Source: a virus
Taxonomy: Duplodnaviria > Caudoviricetes
Direction: 5' to 3' (one strand)
DNA length: 24,151 bases
IMG/VR virus record: IMGVR_UViG_3300049780_000027
Span: 1-24,151 of that record
How positions within the stretch are numbered: position 1 is the first letter of the stretch; each line of letters opens with the position of its first letter. A model generated the notes under the pieces. It was not told the origin of the DNA. It ran no database searches and saw only the letters and a program-made list of their open reading frames with translations. The translations under genes and the position numbers were made by a program. Of this stretch, positions 6,626 through 14,843 are shown piece by piece.

Positions 6626-7783
6626 ATGACAGCCACGCCACGCTATGAGGCCAGCGTCCAGGAACTCATCACCTACCTCGCCCACGAACACGTCCTCGAC
6701 CCAGGCGACCCGCGGTCCAAGCGCCTCATCGAAGGGCTCCGGGCCGTTCCGCGGAACCTGTTCGTCCCTGACCGCGCGTGGGCGTCCCCACAGGGCTGGA
6801 GGGGACAGGATCGCGTCATCGACGCCCAAGCCGACTACGAGGATTGGTGGGATGCCGCCTACACGAATTGCGCGATCGTCACTCAGCGGGACGACGGGGC
6901 CGCTGATCTCACCGACAACGGCCGGCTTCCCACGAGTTCCCTGTCCTGTCCGTACATCGCCATGACGTGGCTGCGGGAGCTGGAGGTGGAGAGCCATCAC
7001 CACGTCCTGGACATCGGCACCGGCACCGGGTGGACCGCCGCAGTGCTCGCCTACCTCACCGGCGACAAAGTGGTCAGCATCGACATCGACCCGGCCATCA
7101 CACAGCAGGCCGAGAAGAACATCGCTCTCAGCGGATTCTCCCCGCTCGTCATCACCGGCGATGGAGCCGCGGGGCATGCGCCTGGCGCACCGTACGACCG
7201 GGTACACGTGGCCTGCGGCGTGCGCGACATCCCGTACGCGTGGGTCGAGCAGACCCGCCCAGGCGGCATGATCGTGCTCCCGTACATGCCGTACGCGCAC
7301 GCGTGGGGCACGCTGCTGCAACTTCGCGTCCTCGACGACGGGTCAGCGATCGGCACCTTCCGCGACCCGGGCGGCTACATGATGATGCGCTCCCAACGCC
7401 CCCGGAAGTGGCCGGCCTACCCCGGCGACAGCATCCAGAGCACGAGCCGCATCGATCCCCGCGAGGTCTGGGCATCGCTCGATCACGGGTTCGGGCTCGC
7501 CCTGGCCGCCGCGGCGCCGCACATCGTCATCACCAGCAGCGGATGGGAGGAGACCGAGGATTGGTCAGCGTGGGTCATGCGCCTGCGGGACCTGCAAGGC
7601 CCTGGTTGGGCTGTCGCTGCCACACCGCCGGGGGAGGACACGGAGGTGACCCAGAGCGAGGGCCGGCAGTTGTGGTCCCATCTAGAGTCCGCGTTCATGG
7701 AGTGGCTGCGCGCTGGGCGGCCCGGCCGTGACCAGTACCGGATGCTCGTCACGCGGGCCGGGCAGGACGTGTGGCTGCCCTGA
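6626..7783 (+). CDS. PIMT/PCMT-family O-methyltransferase, long RiPP-associated type (385 aa)
   Basis: AVPRNLFVP, IVTQRDDG, PTSSLSCP, VLDIGTGTGWTAA, GDGAAG, APYDRVHV, QTRPGG, YMMMRSQR, plus C-terminal extension ending WLRAGRPGRDQYRMLVT; starts 2 nt after the rSAM stop. Confidence 0.9.
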   Translation: MTATPRYEASVQELITYLAHEHVLDPGDPRSKRLIEGLRAVPRNLFVPDRAWASPQGWRGQDRVIDAQADYEDWWDAAYTNCAIVTQRDDGAADLTDNGRLPTSSLSCPYIAMTWLRELEVESHHHVLDIGTGTGWTAAVLAYLTGDKVVSIDIDPAITQQAEKNIALSGFSPLVITGDGAAGHAPGAPYDRVHVACGVRDIPYAWVEQTRPGGMIVLPYMPYAHAWGTLLQLRVLDDGSAIGTFRDPGGYMMMRSQRPRKWPAYPGDSIQSTSRIDPREVWASLDHGFGLALAAAAPHIVITSSGWEETEDWSAWVMRLRDLQGPGWAVAATPPGEDTEVTQSEGRQLWSHLESAFMEWLRAGRPGRDQYRMLVTRAGQDVWLP

Positions 7784-7805
7784 AAGTCCCCTAGAACGCC
7801 GAAGC

Positions 7806-7844
7806 GGCCCCCGCCGCCTCCCATAGAGGGAGGTGACGGGGGCC
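7806..7844. terminator. Bidirectional intrinsic terminator-like hairpin between convergent blocks
   Basis: GGCCCCCGCCGCCTCCC-ATAGA-GGGAGGTGACGGGGGCC, 17-bp arms with two imperfect pairs. Confidence 0.75.
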
Positions 7845-7854
7845 TTCGTCTGCC

Positions 7855-7895
7855 CTGTGTGATCAAGGCTAATTTTATTAGCCATGATCACACAG
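7855..7895. repeat. 41-bp AT-rich inverted repeat (19-3-19), copy 1
   Basis: CTGTGTGATCAAGGCTAAT-TTT-ATTAGCCATGATCACACAG, 18/19 complementary. Confidence 0.85.
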
Positions 7896-7905
7896 CGGGG
7901 CTGGT

Positions 7906-8094
7906 CTATCGTGGCAGGTTCTCCGACTGACGGGCGTTCGGCACCGCCCACACGCCCAGCGACGTGAGCACGGCCAGGGTGATGTCGATCCACTCCTGCG
8001 GCGAGACGACTCCGTCGGTGACCGCGGACTTTGCAACCACCACCGCGGCGAACAGCGCGGCGACGAAGAACTTGGCGTACTTGCCTACCTGCAT
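7906..8094 (-). CDS. Putative holin (62 aa)
   Basis: Two TM helices, KYAKFFVAAL...LGVWAVPN typical of actinophage holins; GGAGG RBS. Confidence 0.75.
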   Translation of the reverse strand: MQVGKYAKFFVAALFAAVVVAKSAVTDGVVSPQEWIDITLAVLTSLGVWAVPNARQSENLPR

Positions 8095-8200
8095 GGCCCC
8101 TCCAATGAGGTCGAATAACTACAAGAGCAGCGGTGATCCTGCTGGTCAGAGCCGGTGGTATGCGAGCCGGTATATTTCCGGGACGTTCATCGGCCCTCGC

Positions 8201-8241
8201 GTGTTAGAGAAGCGCCGATAAAATCAGCCGTTTCCCAACAC
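8201..8241. repeat. 41-bp imperfect inverted repeat (19-3-19), copy 2
   Basis: GTGTTAGAGAAGCGCCGAT-AAA-ATCAGCCGTTTCCCAACAC; its reverse complement shares core GGCTRATTTTATYRGC with copy 1. Confidence 0.6.
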
Positions 8242-8257
8242 CTTGATCAGTGACGCG

Positions 8258-8809
8258 TCACGGGACCCAGTAGCCGAAGTAGAAGTTGTAGCCCTTGGAC
8301 TTGCTCGCGCCCACCAGAGTGACCCAGACGGTGTCCCACGCGCCGACCGGCTTGCCGGTGTTGTTGAGCACGTGGCCGTTGGCGCCGCAGTACTTCGGCA
8401 TGTTCCGGTACACCTTGTGCACGGTGCCGTCCACCGCGGCGGTGCCGTCGCCCATGTAGACGCGCAGCGTGTGGCCGCCGGGCAGCATGTCCGGGTCGGC
8501 GCCGTCGGCCACGGGCAGCTTGCCGGCGGTCAGCTTGACCGTGTTGCAGCCGGTCGTCTTGTCGTTGCCGCGGGCGTAGGCGTCCTGCACGAGCAGGTCC
8601 GTCACGTTGACCGCCACATCGGTCGTGTTGGTGACCTCGACGTATTCGCGGTTGCGGTTCACGAGAGTGTCCGCACCGTAGGCGTTATAGCCGATCCGGC
8701 CGATGGACAGCGAGTCGATCGGCGCAGCCACGGCAGACGCCGGCACGCCGATCAGAGCCAGCGCGGCAAAGAAGGCAGACAGAAGTACAGCGCTCTTGTT
8801 CAGGCGCAT
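8258..8809 (-). CDS. Secreted protein with lamin-tail-like domain (183 aa)
   Basis: Sec signal MRLNKSAVLL...ASAVAA; YNAYGADT..NREYVEVTNTT, LPGGHTLRVYMGDG, VLNNTG..DTVWV resemble bacterial LTD proteins. Confidence 0.7.
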   Translation of the reverse strand: MRLNKSAVLLSAFFAALALIGVPASAVAAPIDSLSIGRIGYNAYGADTLVNRNREYVEVTNTTDVAVNVTDLLVQDAYARGNDKTTGCNTVKLTAGKLPVADGADPDMLPGGHTLRVYMGDGTAAVDGTVHKVYRNMPKYCGANGHVLNNTGKPVGAWDTVWVTLVGASKSKGYNFYFGYWVP

Positions 8810-8914
8810 GAGGATGCTCCTCGAGGATGGGGAAATGCGAAGAGCGCGCCGCATCGGGCAGCGCGCTCGAGGTGACTGAGAAGCGCCGTGCTCGAGCACG
8901 GCTTCAGTCGTCGA

Positions 8915-9040
8915 TCAGTTGGCCTCGTCGATGAGGCCCGGGATACGCCCGTCGCCGGGCTGCTCCTCCACAGGCTCGGGAAGCCGCGGAGAGGTAGGAG
9001 AGGTCCAGGGCCAGCGCCCCAGCCACAAGCCGTCGCTCAC
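8915..9040 (-). CDS. Small hypothetical protein (41 aa)
   Basis: GTGA overlap with endolysin stop; MSDGLWLGRWPW...IPGLIDEAN*. Confidence 0.45.
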   Translation of the reverse strand: MSDGLWLGRWPWTSPTSPRLPEPVEEQPGDGRIPGLIDEAN

Positions 9041-9816
9041 GTGACCGGTGCCGTCCAGGCGGCCCGCCAGGTGCGCTCGTCCACGACGCCGGTGGCGGGG
9101 ATGCCCTTCTCCTTCTGGAACGCCGCACATGCCTTCTCGTCGGCCTCGGAGTACCAGCCGTCCACGTCGAGGGTCCAGCCGCGTTTGCGCATCTGCCGCT
9201 GCCACACCTTGACGTCGTCGCCTTTCGTGGTGGGCGGCCACGACAGGCGCCGCTCCCACTTCGGGACGTCGGGCTCGTCTTCTCCGTCGTCTTCGCCGGC
9301 GAGGTATTCGCGCACCAGGTTGAGGAACACGTCCCAAGGGAAGCCGCTGCCGGGGTCGCTGTGATCGGATCGTTTGTAGACGGCGCTGACGTCGGCGTGG
9401 GAGGTGAAGCCCTTCTTGCCGGCTCGGAGCTCCGCCTGGGTCAGCTTCTTGACGGGGATCTTGTGCAGCTTGCACCACCCCGCGGCAACCGCGGCGGCCT
9501 GCGCGAGCAGGTCCTGGCCGTAGTCGTCCAGCCAGTCGGCGCGCTTCTGCCGGGCGTAGCCGGCGAGCTCCAGTTGCAGCCCGTCAGCGTTCGCCCCGGG
9601 CGCAGCCCATGCGGTGTCCTTGTCGGCCACACACCGGACCGCCGAGTTGGAGTCCGCGCACACGTGAGCCGACGCCTGCCGGGTCATGGTGGCGAACATC
9701 TTCGCGCAGTCCTCCGCGGTGGTCGCCGTCTCCGGCCACTCCATCGAATGGATTACCACGAGGCGGATCGGGGAGATACGGCCCTTGCTGTAGTGGCGGG
9801 CCTGAACGGTCTTCAT
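9037..9816 (-). CDS. Endolysin: N-acetylmuramoyl-L-alanine amidase (Amidase_2) + peptidoglycan-binding domain
   Basis: VVIHSME, SAHVCAD, TAWAAPGAN, HADVS...DHSDPG; C-terminal GDDVKVWQ...VDGWY...AFQKEKGIPATGVVDERTW. Confidence 0.92.
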   Translation of the reverse strand: MKTVQARHYSKGRISPIRLVVIHSMEWPETATTAEDCAKMFATMTRQASAHVCADSNSAVRCVADKDTAWAAPGANADGLQLELAGYARQKRADWLDDYGQDLLAQAAAVAAGWCKLHKIPVKKLTQAELRAGKKGFTSHADVSAVYKRSDHSDPGSGFPWDVFLNLVREYLAGEDDGEDEPDVPKWERRLSWPPTTKGDDVKVWQRQMRKRGWTLDVDGWYSEADEKACAAFQKEKGIPATGVVDERTWRAAWTAPVT

Positions 9817-10151
9817 CGGGACTCCCCTCGATTGAAATGCTCCATGGCGGCCCTCCAGGCGTTGCGGTAGCGCATGAACGAGGCGAGCAGGCCGATCACC
9901 ATGGCGTCGACCACGACCAGCGGCACGATCGACGCCAGCGCGTCAGCCCACCCGTCCATGCGTGGCATCCACCCGCGGATGGCCAGGACGACAGCGACGC
10001 GGATGTAGGCGATCCAGATGGCCAGCATCAGCCCGTTGATCAGGTAGGCGGGGCTTTTGATCGGCCACGACGGCCGGAACTGCACGAGGAACCAGCTCAT
10101 CGGGACGATCCCCGCCATGAGTGCGGCCCACAGCAGTACTGCGACGAGCAT
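9813..10151 (-). CDS. Phage membrane protein, 3 TM, holin-like
   Basis: Three hydrophobic helices; ATGA-coupled to endolysin. Confidence 0.7.
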   Translation of the reverse strand: MLVAVLLWAALMAGIVPMSWFLVQFRPSWPIKSPAYLINGLMLAIWIAYIRVAVVLAIRGWMPRMDGWADALASIVPLVVVDAMVIGLLASFMRYRNAWRAAMEHFNRGESR

Positions 10152-10360
10152 CAGGCACCTCCCTGCACGGACATGCGGACGAGCCAGTCTCCGAACCCGT
10201 TGGCTTCGTTGAACTCGCGCAGTTCCCGGGTCACGGTCGCGACGTGGGCGACCACATCGCGGGTGGTGGCCAGCTCCCGCTCGGCCCGCCGTCGCGACGC
10301 TTTCGACTTCTCGACCTCGGCCACGATCTCTGGCCGGACTCTGTCCTTGCGTCGCCTCAT
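10151..10360 (-). CDS. Small phage protein in lysis cassette
   Basis: Coupled at both ends; basic N-terminus, REFNEANGFG. Confidence 0.7.
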   Translation of the reverse strand: MRRRKDRVRPEIVAEVEKSKASRRRAERELATTRDVVAHVATVTRELREFNEANGFGDWLVRMSVQGGA

Positions 10361-10644
10361 CGAGGGGCCTCCGACTTGCGTTCTTTCAGGTCGGTGAGCA
10401 GATGGATCGTGGTCTGGGCGTTCTCGTGGGAGGCCGACAGCGACGCTTGGATCTTTTCGGCGTGCGCGCCTCGGGTGGTGGCGTGGGCTGCGCGTTCTTC
10501 GGCGAGCGCCTGCTTCAGGTATTCGATCTCTTTCTCGGCCTGCGTCATCGCGGGCTTGGGGTAGATCCAGCCGAGCGAGTAGAGCAGGACGACGATCCCG
10601 GTAGGGCCCGCCTTAAACAGGACGTCGATCAACTCTGGCGACAT
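10357..10644 (-). CDS. Phage membrane protein with coiled coil (95 aa)
   Basis: ATG 10644 after GAAAGG; one TM (GPTGIVVLLYSLGWIYP) then heptad-like segment. Confidence 0.7.
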   Translation of the reverse strand: MSPELIDVLFKAGPTGIVVLLYSLGWIYPKPAMTQAEKEIEYLKQALAEERAAHATTRGAHAEKIQASLSASHENAQTTIHLLTDLKERKSEAPR

Positions 10645-10723
10645 GGCCTGCCTTTCCGCTTGAAGGGCAAGCAGGTCGGAGAGGGGAAGGGGTGGCCGCC
10701 CGCGCTCCCTTTGGGCGCGCATC

Positions 10724-10745
10724 CATGCCCGCGCAGGCGGGCATG
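10724..10745 (-). terminator. Hairpin after last tail gene
   Basis: CATGCCCGC-GCAG-GCGGGCATG immediately downstream of the stop at 10747; no U tract. Confidence 0.4.
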
Positions 10746-10746
10746 A

Positions 10747-11157
10747 CTAGGAGGACTTCATGGCGCGGGCAGCCCGCAGCGACGTCTGGACCTCGAAAAG
10801 TTTCGCCCTCGTGGCGACTGCGTCGGTCCGCAGCAGGTTGTAGTCGGACGCGGTCGGCGAGCCCGCGATCGTGGACGAAACGAACGAGTCCTGATTCGCC
10901 ACGTGCGAGGCCGGCAGGTCGATCGTGTTGCCGAACTGGTCAGCAACCTTGAACTGTCCGGAGGAGGCGCCGATGACGAGCCCGCCCGTCTGGCCGGTGG
11001 GTGTGCTGTTCGGCAGGAAGAACGGGCCGGACGCCCGGCCGACTTCGACCGCGGCCTGGACGCCGGCCTGCGCCTCCAACGCGGCGACCCGTCTGGCCAA
11101 CTGCTGGATGATCCGGTTGGTGCCGTCGAGCGGAAACGAGTCGAGGGGCATGCTCAC
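10747..11157 (-). CDS. Minor tail/tip-associated protein (136 aa)
   Basis: GTGA-coupled start; IIQQLARRVAALEA coiled coil typical of the gene after the hub; only this 3' part of the 753-aa ORF is credible. Confidence 0.72.
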   Translation of the reverse strand: MSMPLDSFPLDGTNRIIQQLARRVAALEAQAGVQAAVEVGRASGPFFLPNSTPTGQTGGLVIGASSGQFKVADQFGNTIDLPASHVANQDSFVSSTIAGSPTASDYNLLRTDAVATRAKLFEVQTSLRAARAMKSS

Positions 11158-13001
11158 GTGCCGACTCCTGCCTGTGCGGTAATAACCTGCAGCTGGTCTT
11201 TGCCGAATGTGCGGGTGGCGGGGGTGAGGGACCAGCCGATCAGGCGTTGGCCTTCGTTGAACGAGGCGCCGCCCTCGCTGGTGGGGACGTGCCAGTCGTT
11301 GTTCATCACGAACCTGACCTGGCCGCCGATCATGTTGGGGTGGAAGCCGGACGATCGGCCCAGGATGACGTCGGCGGAGAACACGCGCGGCGCCCCGGCG
11401 GCGGTGGCCGCGTAGTAGGCGGCATACCGTTCCAGCTCGGTCATGTCGGTGGAGTTGCCGGGATGGATGAGCCGCTGGTCGAAGATCGGCCAGCCCGCGT
11501 CGAGGTGCTCGGTTTCGGTCAGGTCGGTGCGGACCGCGGCCCGGTCCACGCTGGCGTCGCCGGCCGGGATGCCGCCGACCACGCCGAAGCGTGTCCCGCC
11601 GCGCAGCGCGGACCGGACTTCCTTGAATCCGGTGACTTCGCCGCCGTTGCGGGCCTGCGTGAACGTGACTTTCAGGCTGGGGAAGTCCAACGTCGGCGAT
11701 CCCCAAACCCAGCGGCGTTCGATGCCGGCCTCGCCGACGGTCGGGTTGATGACGTAGCCGAAGCCTTGGTCGGCGCGGGCGTAGTCGCGCAGGATCCGGC
11801 CGTACGTGGTGGTGTCGGAGACATTGGCGGCCAGCTGCCGGGTGACACCGGACGTGCCTCCGGCCAGGGTAAACCCCATGTTGGAGCGCGGATCCTGGCC
11901 CAGGTGGGCGATCAAGGATCGGGCGTTGTCGATCTGGTCGCCGACGTAGAACACGTCCTCCTCCAGAGCGACGCTGGCCATGTAGGCGTCCAATGTCGAG
12001 CCCTGCAGCCGCAAACCCAGTCCGAGCCGGGAGGACTGCTCGATTTCGGCGGTGTGCAGCCAGTAGACGCCCCACAGCACGCCGGACCGCCACGGGTGGA
12101 CGACGAGCCGGCCGGGCCCGCTGTCCAGGTCGGCGGGGTCGCGCGGGATGATCCGGGCCAGCTTGTCGGCTTCGCGCCGGGACGGCATCGGGCACCAGCA
12201 GGAGAAGCCGCCAGCGTCGCCGTCCCGCCTGTCCATGGTGACGTCGGTGGCGGTCCGCAGTTCTCCCCGGTAGCTGCCCGTCAGGGCGTCGTGGACGCGA
12301 TAAGCCATCGGCAGCAGGCCGCGCACCGGCGTGAACGCCGGGAACGGCGGCGGGTCCGGCGGAGTGACGACGGGCGCGGATTCGATGAGGATGGTGATCG
12401 CGGCGCCGTACTGCAGCTGCGCGGACGCGGTGTGCAGCTGGGCGGCGGCCGGCGTGGTCGAGTAGATGCGCCGCCAGCTGAGCGAGCCGCCCACCTCGTC
12501 GTCGGACTGCAAGTCGATCAGCTTCGTGTAGCCGGTGGGCGTGTCCCACGTGATGTTGGCTTCGTTCGGGATTCCGGCCGCCCACCGGAATTCGAGACCG
12601 TCCGCGCTGGCCGGGGTGGCGCCGGGTGACAGGACGCTGGTGGTGGCCGCGTACAGGCTGCCGGCCACCGCCTGCGGCGCCGACGCTTTGGCGCCGGCGA
12701 GGGGGACGATGATGGCGACGCCGTCCGCGGTCGCCCCGATCTGCACCGTGTAGGAGGCGGGCTCGTCGGAGGTGGCGCGCCGCCACCACACGTCGACTGC
12801 GGACAGGCTGGTCGTTGGCCCTGCGATGCGGGCCAGCAGCTCCCAGTCGCCGCCGCCGGCGATGTTGGAGATGCCGCCGGAGTCGCAGGTGAGGAACGCC
12901 AGCAAGGGCTGTCCGGCGATGACCCGTTCGGGCCGGTTGACGGTGGTGATGCCGCCGTTCTCGTTCGTCGCCGAACTGGGGGTGAGAAAGATCGCAGACA
13001 T
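11154..13001 (-). CDS. Baseplate hub/minor tail protein with about 230-aa N-terminal extra domain
   Basis: Hub-like region starts at MAYRVHDALTGSYRGEL (12308), with WRSGVLWGVYW; Pro-rich linker VTPPDPPPFP precedes it. Confidence 0.75.
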   Translation of the reverse strand: MSAIFLTPSSATNENGGITTVNRPERVIAGQPLLAFLTCDSGGISNIAGGGDWELLARIAGPTTSLSAVDVWWRRATSDEPASYTVQIGATADGVAIIVPLAGAKASAPQAVAGSLYAATTSVLSPGATPASADGLEFRWAAGIPNEANITWDTPTGYTKLIDLQSDDEVGGSLSWRRIYSTTPAAAQLHTASAQLQYGAAITILIESAPVVTPPDPPPFPAFTPVRGLLPMAYRVHDALTGSYRGELRTATDVTMDRRDGDAGGFSCWCPMPSRREADKLARIIPRDPADLDSGPGRLVVHPWRSGVLWGVYWLHTAEIEQSSRLGLGLRLQGSTLDAYMASVALEEDVFYVGDQIDNARSLIAHLGQDPRSNMGFTLAGGTSGVTRQLAANVSDTTTYGRILRDYARADQGFGYVINPTVGEAGIERRWVWGSPTLDFPSLKVTFTQARNGGEVTGFKEVRSALRGGTRFGVVGGIPAGDASVDRAAVRTDLTETEHLDAGWPIFDQRLIHPGNSTDMTELERYAAYYAATAAGAPRVFSADVILGRSSGFHPNMIGGQVRFVMNNDWHVPTSEGGASFNEGQRLIGWSLTPATRTFGKDQLQVITAQAGVGT

Positions 13002-13024
13002 CCGTCACCCCTCTTTCCGTCAGG

Positions 13025-14827
13025 TCAGATGTAGGCGTGCCGCCACAGCACGGTCGCGGACGGCGCGGTCCCGTTTTCGCTGCTGTAGGTGATGGAGGAC
13101 ACGTCGCGGCCGAGCACCAGATCGGCGATGCCGAGGCTGGAGTTGGAGAGGGTGCCGCCCACGTCTTCGGTGCCGATCGACGCGGTACCGCGGAGCGGGT
13201 CGACGATCAGGACTTCGCCGACGTCGACGGTCAGATCGAAGCCGACCGTCACCACCGCGTCGCTGCCGTCGTCCAAGGTGCGTTCGATCACCAGCTCGGG
13301 ATTGAGTGTTGGCCCGGGGCAGCGGATGAGCGGGTGCGTCGTGTTGTTTCCGGCGTGGAAGGCGTCGACGGTGGCGCCGTCGGCGACGACTGCGGACAGC
13401 AGCTCCCGCGAGTACAGGCGAGGGTTGGACAGTTCCCACAGTGCGTAGCCGGGGGCGAAGCCGATCCGAAAGTTTTTGTCGATTTCGACGGTGCGTTTCA
13501 GGCAGGCAGCCTGGCCGACCAGGATCTGCTCGCCCACCCGGATGGCGAGCGGCACTTCCTCATCAGCTTCCGGCAAAGGGAGCCCGGTGAGGAGGTTGAG
13601 GGCGATCTGCTCGACTTCGTCGCGGCTCCCGCGCACGTTGAATTCGTAGGCGACCCTGCGAGCTTGGGCGTACTTCGACCCGGACAGGGCTCCGTGCGCG
13701 GACGGGTGGGGCACGTTGCCGTTGTCGATGTCGGGCATGTCGACGAACCAGCCGGCGAGCTTCTTCCACCGGTATGGGGTGCCGGAACCCATCTTGAAGC
13801 CGTTGAAGCTGATTTGGCCGGGGCCGGTCAAATCGTCGCCGGGGTTTAACGGGACGGAGACGGTCGGCGTGGGGATGACGGCCCGGCCGACCAGGACGGC
13901 AGGGTGCAGGCCGATGCCGAGCGAAATGTCGGGGGTGGGGATGGTCGTCGAGGTGACGACCACGCTCGGCTGGACGTTGGTGGGCGGCGAGTCGCCGACG
14001 AACACGTCCGGTGTCGGGATGATCGCGGTGCCGGTGACAAGGCCGGCGTCGACGCTCGCCCCGGCGGACACGTCCGGGGCGGGGATGCTGGCGGCGGCCT
14101 GCACGACGGCCGGGGCGGCACTGACGTGCTGGCCGCGTTTCGGCGTGGTCTGAATGAACGGTTCGCCGTACCCGATCGGCGACGACGCGGTGGCGACGCT
14201 GGTGCCGGTGAGCGCAGTCTGGTTGGCGGCGCCGACCCAGTCTTTGACGGCCTGGCTGGTGGCGGACTGGTCGAGCACCCACATCGCGGCCGGGCCCGCG
14301 TCCCGCCACCCGCCCAGGGAGTGGGCCAGATTTTCGATCTCGGCCTGGGTCAGGATCCGGTTGTAGATGGCGGCGGCGGCGATCTCGCCGTTGAAGAAGC
14401 TGGTGGCGTCGTAGCTGGCGCCGATGCGGACCGTGCCGGATCCGCCGGGCGCGGTTCCGTCGGCGACGGTTTCGTCGTCGGTCTCGTGCGTCCACGTGTC
14501 GGTGCTGTACACGTAGCGGCGCCAGGTCGGCGCCTCGGTGCCGGTCGGCTTGCTGACCGCGATCAGAACCCAGCCGCTGGAGGTGGTGACGGTGAGGTCG
14601 GAGATGGCGAGGCCGACGCCGTTGCCGTAGTAGGCGAGCGTGCCATCGGCGAACGCCACCAGGTTCGCGGCGAGAGCCGCCGACCCGTCGGCGATGGACA
14701 GCACGTCGCCGTCAGCGTTCGCGCCGCGCCGCAACACGGCCACCCACGTGGAGGCGAGGGTGACCGCCGACAGGCCGCCTACCGAGCATGTGACCTTGTC
14801 GTCTACGCCGTCGAACAGCCGCGCCAC
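13025..14827 (-). CDS. LamG/concanavalin-like domain fused to distal tail (Dit-like) protein
   Basis: N-terminal FDGVDDKV...VRIGA...FFNGEIAAAAIYNRILTQAEI (LamG-like); four IP[AT]P repeats; C-terminal GQISFNGFKMG..LAGW..MPDIDNGNVP...ARRV, NPRLYS, NNTTHPLIRCPGP, WRHAYI. Confidence 0.8.
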   Translation of the reverse strand: MARLFDGVDDKVTCSVGGLSAVTLASTWVAVLRRGANADGDVLSIADGSAALAANLVAFADGTLAYYGNGVGLAISDLTVTTSSGWVLIAVSKPTGTEAPTWRRYVYSTDTWTHETDDETVADGTAPGGSGTVRIGASYDATSFFNGEIAAAAIYNRILTQAEIENLAHSLGGWRDAGPAAMWVLDQSATSQAVKDWVGAANQTALTGTSVATASSPIGYGEPFIQTTPKRGQHVSAAPAVVQAAASIPAPDVSAGASVDAGLVTGTAIIPTPDVFVGDSPPTNVQPSVVVTSTTIPTPDISLGIGLHPAVLVGRAVIPTPTVSVPLNPGDDLTGPGQISFNGFKMGSGTPYRWKKLAGWFVDMPDIDNGNVPHPSAHGALSGSKYAQARRVAYEFNVRGSRDEVEQIALNLLTGLPLPEADEEVPLAIRVGEQILVGQAACLKRTVEIDKNFRIGFAPGYALWELSNPRLYSRELLSAVVADGATVDAFHAGNNTTHPLIRCPGPTLNPELVIERTLDDGSDAVVTVGFDLTVDVGEVLIVDPLRGTASIGTEDVGGTLSNSSLGIADLVLGRDVSSITYSSENGTAPSATVLWRHAYI

Positions 14828-14843
14828 GGGCCACCCCCCTCGT

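Larger units (their letters stand above)
1..7783. mobile_element. AICE/Streptomyces-plasmid-like transfer module with regulatory and cargo genes (partial)
   Basis: Spd-like gene, TraB-type FtsK ATPase, clt-like repeats, Nudix hydrolase and XRE regulator are the typical accessory set of actinomycete conjugative elements; no int/xis/rep visible, so boundaries are unknown. Confidence 0.7.

Noticed and set aside
11158-13008. 5' part of the 753-aa ORF 10747..13008
   Set aside because: Arg/Pro-rich off-frame shadow of the real 11154..13001 gene; only 10747..11157 looks like protein
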